Assembly (NCBI RefSeq): GCF_030684315.1
Contig: NC_081364.1
Span: 56,276,588-56,340,587, forward strand
Direction: 5' to 3'
Source: Stegostoma tigrinum
Taxonomy: Eukaryota
DNA: 64,000 nt
The notes below the pieces were generated by a model. The model was not told where the DNA came from. It saw nothing but the letters and a program-made list of their open reading frames with translations, and searched no databases. Every line of letters begins with the position of its first letter. Within the stretch, counting starts at the first letter, position 1. Shown here piece by piece: positions 12,350 to 24,669 of this stretch. The position numbers were made by a program, and so were the translations under genes.

Positions 12350-13960
12350 CAGTGAGTGTTCCTCAGTAAGTGACTTGCAAGGTCCGCCCGAGTCTGTAAG
12401 ACCCCGAACATCCAGATCTCCTTCCTGACTGCCTTTTCTGACTTTGCACCTCTCCAGTTCCCCTTCCCCCACCCAATCCAGCTATATGAGCCTGCACTCA
12501 CCCAGCTTTGCCTCTCCCCATCTCCAGCCTTGACATGAGATGTTCATGAAAAAAACCGTGGCCTTACATTTTCCCCTCCAGCTCACCCTGATTTCAGGAT
12601 GAGCTCTTGCATGGACAAATGCCTACACGACATATGCTTTGCAATATCACCCCATGCAGATATTGTTGCTGCCTTTAACAATTGCCATCCCTTTTTCTTC
12701 CCCACAGCCTGCAGCCCCCATCCTGAAGAATAGGTCCCCAAGTCTCCTTCCCATAGCAGTAGCCCCACCCTAAACATGTCACTCCCCCTTAGTCTCTGAG
12801 GACAGGCCCAACACACTGACTGTGGCACGACCCCTTGAACCAACTAACCCAACAGCCCCAGAGAAGAAGTGCTTGTGAATCTCCCCAACCACATCAGCCT
12901 TGCTCCCATGGGCTGGCTGCTATGGAATCATAGACCAATATCGGAGGCGGCCTTTGACTGACTGTACCAGGACCCCTGGCTAAAAATGTTCCTCTACAAA
13001 CTTGGGTGCGGAATACTCCTCTAAGACTTTGAGGTATAGCTACTTGCTTGCTGCTGAAACTGAGGGTGTGTTTTTGCCACTTGAGTTGTTGGCACATGAT
13101 GCAGATCAGAGACTGACATCGTTTAAGTCTACACTTGACAATTGCTACCTTTTGCCAGTGGAGACTCAGTGGGCCTGAGGGTCTCTTGTGTACGGCACAA
13201 TTCTGTGACCACACTGCTGTACAAAAAAAATGCATGGCCCCTTGATAGATGGCTGTTGAGCAGCAAGACAAACTACCTAGCCGGATTAAACTTCGCTAAT
13301 TGTAACAATGAGGCAAGGCATTGGCAGATTGACACTAAGTGATTGAATGTTAGCAGGGTTATTGAGCAGTTCCATGATGTAACCCTGTCCAATCCAATGA
13401 GTTGTGTCACTGATCTCATGCATGGGTGTCCCTACAGCTGCCTTTCAACCCTAGCTGCTGATGTGCCCTACAATGAGCGTTTGTACTTCCTGACCACCCA
13501 GCTAGTGGATCAGAGAGAGGTGCCAGAATGGTTAAGCGGTTGGCAAATGCAAGATATCATGATCCATTGATGAGGGGCAAGTATGGCTAGTGCCAGTGGA
13601 TTATGCCCAAAGATACTGTTTGGCCCAAAGCAGCATGAAAGTCTTTAGGAACAAGCAGCAAGCTGAAGTTGCCTTGATGGCTCCCATTTCAAGTTTTCTC
13701 AACACCTATCTCATATGGTACAATTTGTAGGATAGAAAGCTGAATGTTAGTGAGGTGAGTTGGCCATTAGCAAGGGTTTTTAGACAAGTAGCCATTTCTC
13801 TTAATAGGCAATGTCACTTGTTTGCAAAAGCAGAAAAGGTGCAGCAAGACACTCCCAATGTTGCAGATACCCTCAGTGGGTTTCTCACCTGATTCTGCCA
13901 CAAGTCTCACCATAGTCCATGCCAGTCAGCTATTAGAAGCTTATGTGTATTTGTAGAGGC
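12350..13960. mobile_element. Probable PIF/Harbinger DNA transposon debris
   Basis: GC-richer degenerate block. Minus strand near 13180-13215 reads VVTELCRTQETLRP, similar to the N-terminal helix region of HARBI1-type nucleases. No intact ORF. Confidence 0.3.
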
Positions 13961-13971
13961 CTGCTTCAAGG

Positions 13972-14611
13972 TGTTTTGGATCAGACCAGACTTACTCAAA
14001 ATTTATTAAGGCGGCAGCCTAGACCCTAGCTCTTTCTTATTTTAAAAGATAAACGTGAGGTGCTATGTTCCAGATGCAACTCAATTGACCAAATGACTCA
14101 ATGTGAAGCACAAGACAATTTATTCAAAGACTTTGGTTAAAAGACAACGAAAGAGGAACTCATCTAGGAACAACTCGATTAGAAAACTTAACAGAACAAT
14201 AGATTATTTTGCCACTAAACAGCAACTGTTCCAATACAGTAAAATCTCAAAACTCATCATTGGCAACAAAAGAAACTTCAGAAAACAGATTGTCTAACAT
14301 GTAGTTCTCCAATCCAGGATTAAAAGAACGTCAAAAGTCAATTCTAAAAGTGAGAGAGTGCCAGCCGAGAGAGATTCACTGTCTTCCAACTCTGCTGAAA
14401 TTCCAGCAACAACTGCTGAATGCTAACTAAAAATCCTGGATCTTTGAGAGCTTGACAACACCCACTCAGGTTACTTCTCTTGTTCTAACTTTAAAAGCCC
14501 CCAAGGCCTCAGGTTGTTTAATTTCCCATAGTCTGCTCATCACCCGTCGCCTGACCTCTCTCTAAAACAAACCAGGGCAAAATAAACCTCGAAGCTACAA
14601 TGTCAGAATTC
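13972..14611 (-). mobile_element. Solo LTR (probably Gypsy-type), same family as 54137-54719
   Basis: GCCTAGACCCTAGCTCTTTCTTATTTTAAA and CCAGGGCAAAATAA match the reverse complement of the 54137-54719 element. TG...CA-like ends. Confidence 0.6.
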
Positions 14612-14826
14612 ATTTGAAGATTGCCAAACAGAAAATTATTTTGTTTACCCATTTTCTTGTCAACCATATTTCTAAAAAAAGTGTTCTGAACTGCAAAATC
14701 TGAAAAACACTGGCTGACACAACCCCAAACCTGTTTCCTTAACTATTCATCACTTGTTAGGCTACATGGACTTTTCTTGGAAGGAACTTATGTAAAACCG
14801 TGAAACACATCAAAATGTCTAGCCTA

Positions 14827-15152
14827 GATAATAAAATGTGAGGCTGGATGAACACAGCAGGCCAAGCAGCATCTCAGGAGCACAAAAGCTGACGTTTCGG
14901 GCCTAGACCCTTCATCAGAGAGGGGGATGGAGGGAGGGAACTGGAATAAATAGGGAGAGAGGGGGAGGCGTACCGAAGATGGAGAGTAAAGAAGATAGGT
15001 GGAGAGGGTGTAGGTGGGGAGGTAGGGAGGGGATAGGTCAGTCCAGGGAAGACGGACAGGTCAAGGAGGTGGGATGAGGTTAGTAGGTAGCTGGGGGTGC
15101 GGCTTGGGGTGGGAGGAAGGGATGGGTGAGAGGAAGAACCGGTTAGGGAGGC
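14827..15152 (-). mobile_element. 5'-truncated Penelope (family A) 3'UTR/pseudo-LTR insertion
   Basis: Near-identical to the reverse complement of about 32845-33178. Exact 12-bp TSD ATGTCTAGCCTA at 14815-14826 and 15153-15164. CpGs retained, so probably young. Confidence 0.95.
14889..14920 (-). ncRNA. Minimal type I hammerhead ribozyme motif in the Penelope pseudo-LTR
   Basis: Minus strand reads CT CTGATGA A GGGT CTAG GCCC GAAA CG TC AG: intact CUGAUGA and GAAA core, stem II GGGU/GCCC, palindromic loop-less helix III (ACGU), and a GUC cleavage triplet. Confidence 0.7.
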
Positions 15153-15689
15153 ATGTCTAGCCTACTTTGGTCTTACAGGAAGATTACAAAGAAAACACAG
15201 GCTTTCACCCCCACATGCTTCATCACTGTATGGTATTTGTTTTCAGAAGGGAACAATTGCTCCTAAACTATTGAAATGGAGATTTATTCTAAGAATGCAT
15301 GAACACACCAGCAAATCCAATTTTTCTGCGACTTCTAACATTTGAAGAAATTAAAGCATTCTTTAGCTCTCTAGAAGGCATTTCAGAACAAAATTAAATC
15401 TTTGTGTTAATATCTGTTTGCTATTGGATTTTTGTTGGAAATTGAAGGAACGAGTGGAATGCTGAAGAGACTAAACAGGCAGGGCGATGATGGAGTGAAC
15501 GAATAATCTCAGTTCCAGTATTTTTGTTCTCAACAACTTTTAATTTTGCATTGACCCAAGTTTTCACACCTCACTCTGATCCCATACCTCTGCTTCATTG
15601 TTATCTCAGTTTGAGATTTACCTTCTCTGCTTTGGAGATGTTCAAAATTATTGGAGATTTTAATACCGAATATCTGGCAGAGGGAGCTG

Positions 15690-15975
15690 GTATCGAAGGA
15701 ACACAGATCCAAAGTTATGGACGAAAGAAACAGGGGAGCAGTGGACAATTTCTTCCCTTAAAGTGAGACACAATGATCTGGAACACATTTCTCGAAAATG
15801 TGGTGGAATGAGATTCAGTTTTAATTTCAGATAGATATTTGCTTACAAACATAAAAAAAGGGGAAAAACATTACAAAACTATGGAGAACAAACAAGAGAA
15901 TAGGGTTAATTGGACAGCTGTCTCTTTGATCCAGTAAAGAGATGATGGAACAAATGGCCTACTCCCATGTTTTAA
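15690..15975 (+). mobile_element. Old CR1 3' end
   Basis: ...GATCTGGAACACATTTCTCGAAAATGTGGTGGAA...GATGATGGAACAAATGGCCTACTCC, a CR1 3'UTR pattern. Confidence 0.55.
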
Positions 15976-17119
15976 GGGTGACCATATAATTATTTTATAA
16001 AGATAACGGTAAAAAGAATTCTAGGTCCCACAGTGATCCCCTCTAAGACTGGCATTGGCCATTTTGCTGATTATCATGTAGTGTGTTTGCTGCATAGGCT
16101 ATCAGTACAAGCTGTAGATTTGATATTGACATAGCACAGTGCCACACAGCAAGCATGTCCACTCCCTTGATCGATCACTGCTAACAAGCATTTTAAGTGA
16201 CCTGACCAAGTAGCATGTCTGGACAGAAGTACAGTGAGCATTTAAGGCCAGGCTGACAGTGCAAAACAGGCTTGCTGGGAACAAAGCAATTCACAGCAAA
16301 AGTGACTGAATGTCAAGAGAGAGTGAACACGCAGTCAAATCTGCGATCTGGGTGCCTGTCCCTACACGCAAACCATTAAAATGCTGCTGCAAGCACAAGA
16401 GGCAGCCAGTGCGTTGCAAGGTGCAGCATTGAAAAGGCAGATTCTTACTGTAAGGGGATTGGAGAGGAGTCACTAGGGATCTCAGAGATTGGCATATAGG
16501 ACAACAACATCCATGGATGTGGGATGCACACTCTGTCATTGATCATGGTCCATGTCCTGAGACATTAGTGCCAGGTGTCCAAGAAAGAAGTCTGGAGGAG
16601 CAGACAGTGGACTGGATTTGGCAGGTATCCGTTCACGTTTTAATGTCAGAAACTCTTGTCATCAAGTTTGCATCCACAAGGTCGGAGAATAAGAGATTGC
16701 GTATTAAAGGGGTGAGATTAAGCAAAGATGAACGATAATTTCAAAAGTCCAACACTTGAATGGAAGTTGGGGTGGTTTGCTCTCGATGTTTGTATTTTCC
16801 CAAATTTTTCACCATGGCTTTTGGAGGTTATGAAGCTTCAAGCCATAGACAAATACGGTCTATAACATTCAGTTGTATTATAATTCCAGGTTTTACAATG
16901 AAGGCAAAAGTTTCAAAGTGGAAAATAAATAGCATTCCTTTCTGCTCAATGTCATCCAAAACTCTGGCCTCTCCACTTTGGAGTTTGAATCTTTAAATAC
17001 GTTAAAATTGAGCAACATTATACTTTAAAATTAAATTGGAATTTAATTAGAATTTTACTGAAGAAGAGTACCTTGGCCCTTGGTAATAACTGGTTATTTA
17101 AATGTAATTAACACAAATA

Positions 17120-17245
17120 TTATGGATACTGGAAATTTGAAATAATAGCAGAAAGTGGTGAAATTAGGCAGCATGTCCAGCAACATCTGTGGAGAAGAAC
17201 CAGGGTTTATGTTTCAAATCAAATACTACTCTTCTTCCAAAGCTT
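17120..17245 (-). mobile_element. Old Penelope-like pseudo-LTR fragment (family C)
   Basis: GATACTGGAAATTTGAAATAATAGCAGAAAG...CATCTGTGGAGAAG...TTTCAAATC...CTCTTCTTC, homologous to 21251-21427 and 46100-46255. Confidence 0.55.
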
Positions 17246-17489
17246 TGGGATTAGTGTAGTTTGCTGTTTGTTGATTGGCAGAGACATGGCAGGGTAAAGA
17301 GCTTGTTTTTATATCATATGACTCTCACTGAAGTCAGAAATGACATTTTTTACACCATTGAAGAGAGGGAGCTTAAGGTCTAAAATAGGTTAAAGGGCAA
17401 GATTGACTAAGTGACAAAAGAATCATGGAACAAAATGCAAATGAAGTAGTAATAATGTGTTCCTCTTAGTCAACATTTTCTCAAGATTG

Positions 17490-17975
17490 AGGAAGACTTG
17501 CTTCCACTCAGAAGAATCAGTATTCTGCAGTGGCTGAATATTCCAATTCTGGATCCACAGTTTCTGCCACAAGTAGGGTTGGTGGCGTTTGGCGCGGAGG
17601 GTGCGTGGGAAGCCCTGAATTCATTCCACTGCTTTCACCTGGCCTCAACATGCTCCACTTGAATTTGTTGGCCTTTTCATGGAAGCTTTCTCTGGTTTGT
17701 GCATTATAGGATAAGTGACTCCCTCCTAGCAGTGGAGAGGTTTTATTTATTTATTTATTCCGTGGAGACTTTCAGGAAGTCCTTATAGCATTTTGTCCTC
17801 TCTCCTAGCAATCACTTCCCATTCTGGAGCTTGGAGTTGAGCACGTTTAAGGAAGTCTTATAATTGGGGTTATAGACCAGATAGCCTGGCGATTGCAGCT
17901 GTTCGGGTGTGCCCACTGCCTCAGCACTGGGAATATTAGTTTGGGAAAAGACACTTACTGTGGTACACCATCCAT
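17490..17975 (-). mobile_element. RTE-clade LINE 3' fragment
   Basis: Minus strand shows degenerate SVFSQTNIPSAEA...QLQ and CYKDFLKVS-type RTE motifs. Confidence 0.55.
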
Positions 17976-18539
17976 AACAACTCAACTGGATTAAACAAAC
18001 AAAAGCTTATCTAGAGAGTGAGTGTGAATGGCAAAATAATGATTCATTCTGTCCAAAACCAAAAATGTGACAAACAAGATTAAGACTAGCATGTTGCAAA
18101 CAAAGAAATTTAAAATTGGGAGTTTTGAGCTCAACAATTTCAAACCATGAACTCAATGCGAAATACAGAAGACCGTAAAGGGGATATGCTGTGCCTTAAG
18201 CTTGTGATGGGCTTAACTGAACAGTGCTGTCAGGAAGGGGTAGAAATGTAAGTTTGAGAGTGCGGTGCTGAATTAAAGTGACAGGCAAGTGGAAATTCAG
18301 CGTCTATTGATCTCCCTATAGTTAGAAGGGTTTGCATTGCAAGCAGCACACAAATTTGAAAGAAACAACTAAATTTCCCCATCACATGGATCAAGGTAAA
18401 TACAAATAAAATATGTCTCACTGATATAGGACAGCAACTAAAAGTTACAAAACAGGAGTAAATTGAATATTTGCTGGTGAATAAAGTACACAAGATGTCA
18501 AGCTTCACATTTTACAGGCATTATAATCTTATCTATGTC

Positions 18540-19470
18540 ATAGTAACTTGGCAAAAACTTACAGTTGCATCTGTCAATGTTAAATGGAGATATAAATATT
18601 AACCTCAAATCGATCCATTTCTGCCTAACAGCTTCAGCCAGATGACACCAAACTGGCTGGAGTAGTTAATACAGGTGATGACTTTGACAATGTACAAGGC
18701 AGTACTCAGAACAGACCAACAAATGGCAAGTTAATATTGACAGATAATTACATCGTGGTATTTTAGTAACAAAAGGGAAACCACCTAATATGTGAACCTA
18801 TTATTGTTCAGAAGCAAAAGGCATGGATTCACAAATCACCAAGTTAACAATTTCATTTAAAATTATACATAACAAAGCAATCATTGGTCTTCATTTGAAG
18901 AGGTACAGAATTGTAGAACAGGAAATATGTTAAACTTGTACTACATTTTTATTATTCAATACTCAGTAATCTGTTCAGTTTTGATCATTTAAAGACACAA
19001 AACCAGTAAGCATTTGGGGAAGACAAAAGACATTTAAAAAGAAAGTGTCAGAGCTGAGACGTCATATCCATTAGGAAAGAATGGAAAGTGCTTCGCTTAG
19101 GAAATAGTAGACTGAAAGTTGCTCAAATAAGTGTCTTTAAAATTAAACTGGCATGGCATAAGTAGAAAAGAAGCTTTTGTTTCTTAAGGACTCCAAACAT
19201 GTGGTCATAAATCTAAACTAATCATCAATAAATTCTATGAAAATTGAGGAGAAATTGACTTGCTCAAAAGATGGTCAAAATGTGCAACTTACTACCTCAT
19301 GGAGTAGTAGAGTTGAGCAGCAGAGCTGAATTGAAATACTAGCAAACAAGGAGGAAGGAAGATGAGGGCTTATTAATTGAGCAAAATAAAATGAGGCGGA
19401 AGTAGGTCAATGAGAAGTATAAACTGATTGGGAACGAATAGCCTCTTTGTTTGTGATTGTATGTAACACT
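18540..19470 (+). mobile_element. Highly degenerate CR1 RT/3' region
   Basis: ADDTKL-like CAGATGACACCAAACTGG at 18639, followed by the usual CR1 RT C-terminal layout. Confidence 0.55.
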
Positions 19471-19551
19471 CATCAACATTTCTGTTAGGGCAGAGTGCAT
19501 TTTTAAAAAGCTTACTTCTGAACTTAACAATCCTGCCAATCAAAGCACTAA

Positions 19552-19674
19552 GATAACGAAATGTGAGGCTGGATGAACACAGCAGGCCCAGCAGCTGCTG
19601 GGCCTGCTGTATTCATCTAGCCTCACATTTCGTTACCTTGGATCCTCCAGCATCTGCGGTTCCCATTATCACTG
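19552..19674. mobile_element. Penelope family A fold-back mini-insertion with a zero-spacer palindrome
   Basis: About 43-bp arms meeting at CAGCAG|CTGCTG, tail TTGGATCCTCCAGCATCTGCGGTTCCCATTATCACTG. Exact 14-bp TSD AATCAAAGCACTAA at 19538-19551 and 19675-19688. Confidence 0.92.
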
Positions 19675-21250
19675 AATCAAAGCACTAACTTGGAATCAAC
19701 AACAATTAAAGTCACAACTCTGGAATAATGGCAAGATCACCATTGCAGCGAGGCTAGGTTTCAACATCTCTAGCAGAACGGTCATATCTCCCGCAGTGTA
19801 TTGACTTAGGAGTGTAATTTTTAATCAATTAACAATTAATTACATCTGTGATTATGAAGTAAAGGGTGATTACTTGATAAAATAATTGCTGCTGGAGGCA
19901 GTGTTTTTTAACTCTCTAATCATGTATTCATGTGACATTGGTGCAACTGAGAATTGCGATGTGTTTCATCTGTTTTAAGTGGAATAGTAAAGTATCCCCT
20001 TAATGGAAAGGAACACCAGAATTCTGTTCACCTAATCACAGGGTCAATACAGTTCACACAGATAGACTGCAGAACAGTGACTTTGAGACCTCGAGAAGCC
20101 TGTAAAACATTAGGCATTTAGAAAATCCAATAAAATGTGCTTATTACAATATGCATTTGCTGAGAGAGAAACACAACATTAAAAAAAATTCTTTTCTGTC
20201 TCCCTTCAGGAGTGAACTTTCTAGTCTTTGGATCAAATTCTTGTTCTTTCTTTTAAATTAGCCTGTTTAATAGCCTTTTCATCACAATTACATCCTCATC
20301 AAATTAGCCGAATTAGAGTCTCTGTATTCAAAAACAACTAACTATCAGTGTGTTTCACCAGGGTTAAGAGAACTGTGTATTTTTTAACCTAATCAAGGAG
20401 GTGTTGGTGTTCTGGATTTCACCAGTGTGCGTAAGAATATGTAACTTGAATGCTGTAAAATCTCACCTGTATAAGGCAAGGGTTTATTTTATCCACTTAT
20501 ATAATGTTACCTGTTTGGGAAGATTGTATAATCACACAGTGGAGAAGAGAATCTTTGCCCCTTCAAGTCTATACAGCCAAAGATTACTGATTTTACAATG
20601 GTCCCACATTTCAGCATTAGGTCTTCAGTGTTATGATACTTCGAGTACTCATCTAAGTGCTTTTTTTAAAAAAAAGGTTGTGAGGTGATTTGCCCCAACT
20701 ACCCTCCGAAGACAGAGACACCACTGCCTGGGTGAAAAAGACTTAAAAGATATAGTGAACATTGTATTCCCTTTAAATGACTGTCCCCGTTTTGAGGATA
20801 TAGGAATTCAATTATTTAATGATGGAACTTCAGATTTAATATTGAGAAATCTGCCTATACTACCCTCATGTTTCTGCTTTATCTATTTGATAATTGTGGA
20901 AATGAATGAAACATATTAAAATTCATGGCTTCTAAATATTTATGAGGGACTAAACAATCCGCATCCAGTTGTTCTGCTGTTTTCAGTTTCCCATATGCCG
21001 TTCTTGTTTTACGTTTTATTGCTTAATAATAATGTAAATAAGTCTCATAAAGGATATTTAGAATAGTTCATAATGTCTGCCTGTCCTTTTTATTAAATTG
21101 TGTTATCTGCTTTATGGGTGTGAAAAATGTCATGAATGAATTTATGGAGGAATGCTATTTGTATGGTTTGATGGATAATGAAGGATGAAGCTTGAGGTAT
21201 GATCATTTCTGTAAATTTTCATCCAACTAAACAGAGGTTTAGTTCAGTTT

Positions 21251-21427
21251 CAAAACACGGGAAATTGCTGGAGAATCTCAATGGTTCTGATGGTGTATGT
21301 GGAGAGAAAGCAGGGATAACATTTCAGATCCAGTGACCTATCTTCAGCACATTCTGGACCTGCTGAGTTTCTCCAGCTATTGCTTGTTTTTCTTTCAGAT
21401 TTCCAAATCCACTGTTCTTTAGCTTTT
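21251..21427. mobile_element. Old Penelope-like family C fold-back insertion with a hammerhead-like motif
   Basis: Arms ATTGCTGGAGAATCTCA / TGAGTTTCTCCAGCTAT. Minus strand CTGAAGA T AGGTC ACTG GATCT GAAA TGTT. Direct repeat GTTCAGTTT at 21242-21250 and 21428-21436. Confidence 0.65.
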
Positions 21428-21759
21428 GTTCAGTTTGTTTGCTGCTGTATGTGAATGGGTAAGACAAAACGAGAATGTCACTCTGCAGGCCTGTAATTGA
21501 ATGGCAAGCAGTTGTCTCAAAATTACACGAGCCATTTCAGTTTTGCCAGATTTCTTCATTTGTTTATCCCCTGACCCAATTAACTATTTGGCTCTGAGTG
21601 TAAACAGCCTGACTGTGGGGCTTTACCTTGAAGTCTGATGCAGATGTTCTTCAATGTCCCTCCATTTCCATCTGTTCAGAAGTAATAAGATGCCAACAAT
21701 AAGTAATAAATTGATTTTGCTTTTAGAAGAAGTCTTATTTAGGTAACATCCGCAGTTCA

Positions 21760-22400
21760 AAGACAGATAGGCGATGATTATTTATTACCATCTCCACCAT
21801 GCCAACTCAGCTTTCAACCAGGAGGCAAATACCTGCAGACTAGAATCTCAAAACCAAGAACAAGCTGCGCAGCAGTACTGTTATCTTCTTTGAAGGCTTG
21901 GACTTCATGCAGCAGGCATCTCAAATGCACTCGAGATATACCAGCAGTGGTGCCTTCACAATGTGCTGACAAGAAAAATGATCCAGCTACATCCTCTCCC
22001 AATCCACCATGACCTCCACTGAGGCGCTCCTCACTCAAGACCAGGCTTGCTGGACACAGTGTGTCAATTCGTAGCCTTGAAACCAGATTCCTAAAGAAAG
22101 TGTTCCACTTGAGGTTCCAGACATGGTGGCACACTCCTACTGATTCATGAGAGTCCCTAGCTTGTGACTAAGTGAAATGGAGAAGGCTGATCCTGAAGTC
22201 ACCAAACACATTGAGATAGCCCATTGGAAACACACAGATTCAAAGTGATATTGTTGAAGGGAGCATACAAAACTTTAAAGAACACATTATGCAATCCTAC
22301 AAGCGCCACCATCCCCAATGTGATGATATGTTTCAGACCACATCGAACGGGAGGCAAACCAAGTCACCAATCCTTAGTATTTGATCAAGGGAAGAGAATT
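21760..22400 (+). mobile_element. RTE-clade LINE 3' fragment
   Basis: EAWTSCSRHLK...QQWCLHNVL, TRFLKKVF and TDS*ESLACD*VKWRR match RTE RT C-terminal motifs (WESLAxDRxxWR). Confidence 0.7.
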
Positions 22401-23852
22401 TTCCTCTTCTTGCTCCAGGCCTAGAGACACCGAGACAAATGGTAGCCCTTGGTCCCAATGCAACATCTGTTCAGCCAGTATGAAAGTGTATCATCCCCCT
22501 CCTGAGGGTTTTGTACTACAGTGCATGCTTCTCAATTTTGCCGTCAGGATTTCTAATTGCTTCAGTCCGACTGCCTTGGGCTTCTCCCTGCGTCAATATT
22601 TTTTCTTTTAAAGTACAGTTTTTAAAAAAAAAAATCAAAACAAACAGTGCTGGATTTTTAAAATAAAAATCCTTGACTGATATTTGCTTCAAATACATTA
22701 CAATTCCTTTTGCTGTAAAACAGATTGCTGTAAATTCCTTCTGATCAGAGAGAGCCGGGAATGACCAGAATGGGAAAGGCATCAGTGAAAGCAGGATTAG
22801 ACGCTTTTTTCAAACACATGTCTATGTAATCTGCTTAAAGCCAATGAATGGATTAATCATATATTCTTACAACTTGTAGTGGAATTCAACTCTAATTAAT
22901 CTGGTGAATCTCTAGTAAGCCCAGACTTCAATATTAAATGAGCAGAATTAAAAAAAAACATTCTGGGCAGTTTTGTTGATTAAGCTTGTGACCAGAGGGT
23001 CTGCAAGAGAGACATTGCTGGGAGGAAAGGAGGTTGGGGAAATATTGAGGGCTGAACTTTACAGAAGTAGATGGATAGGAGACAAATGTTATTTTTTCTG
23101 AGCAATTAAGAGTCCAGTATATGTTATATTCTTTGCTCTCATTGACTCCTTTCAGGCTTGTGGGCATGTCTATTACTTTCTATATTCATTTTGTTATCCA
23201 AGGTCAGTAAGATAATACTGTTTAAAAATTGCACCCTTTCCTTCTAAGTAGTTAAATAAGGCATTTGCGTCATTAGCATATGGTCTGATTAGCAAATTCC
23301 CTCAGGTGGGCAACAGATTTGTTAATACTGCAAGCAGGCTGTAAATAACCAAAGTGTGTGTTGCATTTATTAAACCACTTTTATGCATTCTCCACCAATT
23401 ATGTCCCTATTTTTAACATTTGTTCCCCATGCACCACTAGTTTTCACTTGTATCTTTTACGCACCCATCTGTCTGCTTTCTATCTGCTAATGTATGCCTG
23501 TCGATCTGAGTTTAATCCTCATTTCACATTCTCCCTCATTTCTAAAGTAAATTCTGGCTCTGGTGGCAGGCTTCCTGTCAGAACACACTGTAACAAAATA
23601 CATAGCACGTAAAAATAATAAAGTACTTTGCAGGATCTGAAAAAGGACAATTGTTGCGGAGGTAATAATAGCCATGTCAGATGTTAGAAGCTGTTTAAAA
23701 TATTTCAAACATTTTATTTGGAATTTTTAAAATATTTAAACAGGGATGGTGGGCCATGTTTAATTGGGAGGGAAGGAGGAAAATCATTGCTCACCACCCT
23801 CCGAACTTCTGACCAAAGGTGTGTCAAGGTCCAACGAAAATGAAATGTCATC

Positions 23853-24178
23853 ACCATAGTGACTCACAGTGCCAGGGACCTGGGTTCGATTCCACCCTCA
23901 CGTGACTGTCTGCATTGGGTTTGCACATTAGCCCCATGGTTTCCTCAGGGTGCTCCAATTTCCTCCCACAGATGTGCATATTAGGTGGATTGGGCCATGG
24001 GCAATTGCCCATTAGTGTGCAGGGATATGCAGGCTAGGTGTGTCTACCATGAGAATTGCAGAATTACAGGGATAGTGTTTGGGGGTGTGGGGATGGGTCT
24101 CCGTGGGATACTGTTTGGGTGGTCAGTGTGGACCTGATGGGCCAGATGGCTTGCTTCAACACTGTAGGGATTCTATGT
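23853..24178 (+). mobile_element. HE1/V-SINE-type tRNA-derived SINE
   Basis: CACAGTGCCAGGGACCTGGGTTCGATTCC (B box), central TTCCTCCCACAG...GTGCA..TTAGGTGGATTGG, and tail CACTGTAGGGATTCTATG. Confidence 0.85.
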
Positions 24179-24669
24179 TGGCAACAGCAGGCTGCCAGCA
24201 GCGACAACAAGGACTGAGTGAGATGTTCATCACTCACTTGGGAGAATGACCTCCCCTCTGAAGGTGCTTTCTAACCAGATTGGTTGGCATCTATTGCATC
24301 ATACTGAGCCTGGGAGCAGGCAGGAATGTGAGGAAGGCAGTTATGAATTGTGGGAGGAGGGAAGTTGGGGCTTTGGGCTAGGAGGGTTAAAGACGCTGAG
24401 GGAGGAGGGCAAAGAGATAGGCTTTGCAGTGCAGCCAGGAGGGCAGGGGGGGATGGTATCATCTGGGTGGTGATTGGTACATCCCCAATACACAAAGATC
24501 ACCACTCAACAATCTGTCCCCAGTTCTTTTCTGCCATTTTACAAACCCTTTCTCAATTTTAAAAAAAGACCATTCCATCATCCTCCCCTTGCTAACCATG
24601 CTGTGACATGGATAACACAACACTTGGATCATTTGAGCCATTATCAAGCTCAATTGAGCCGTTATTGTT

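Noticed and set aside
16813-16847. miRNA-like hairpin ATGGCTT...AAGCCAT
   Set aside because: The stem is only 7 bp and does not match a miRNA I recognise (only a superficial resemblance to the miR-135 seed).
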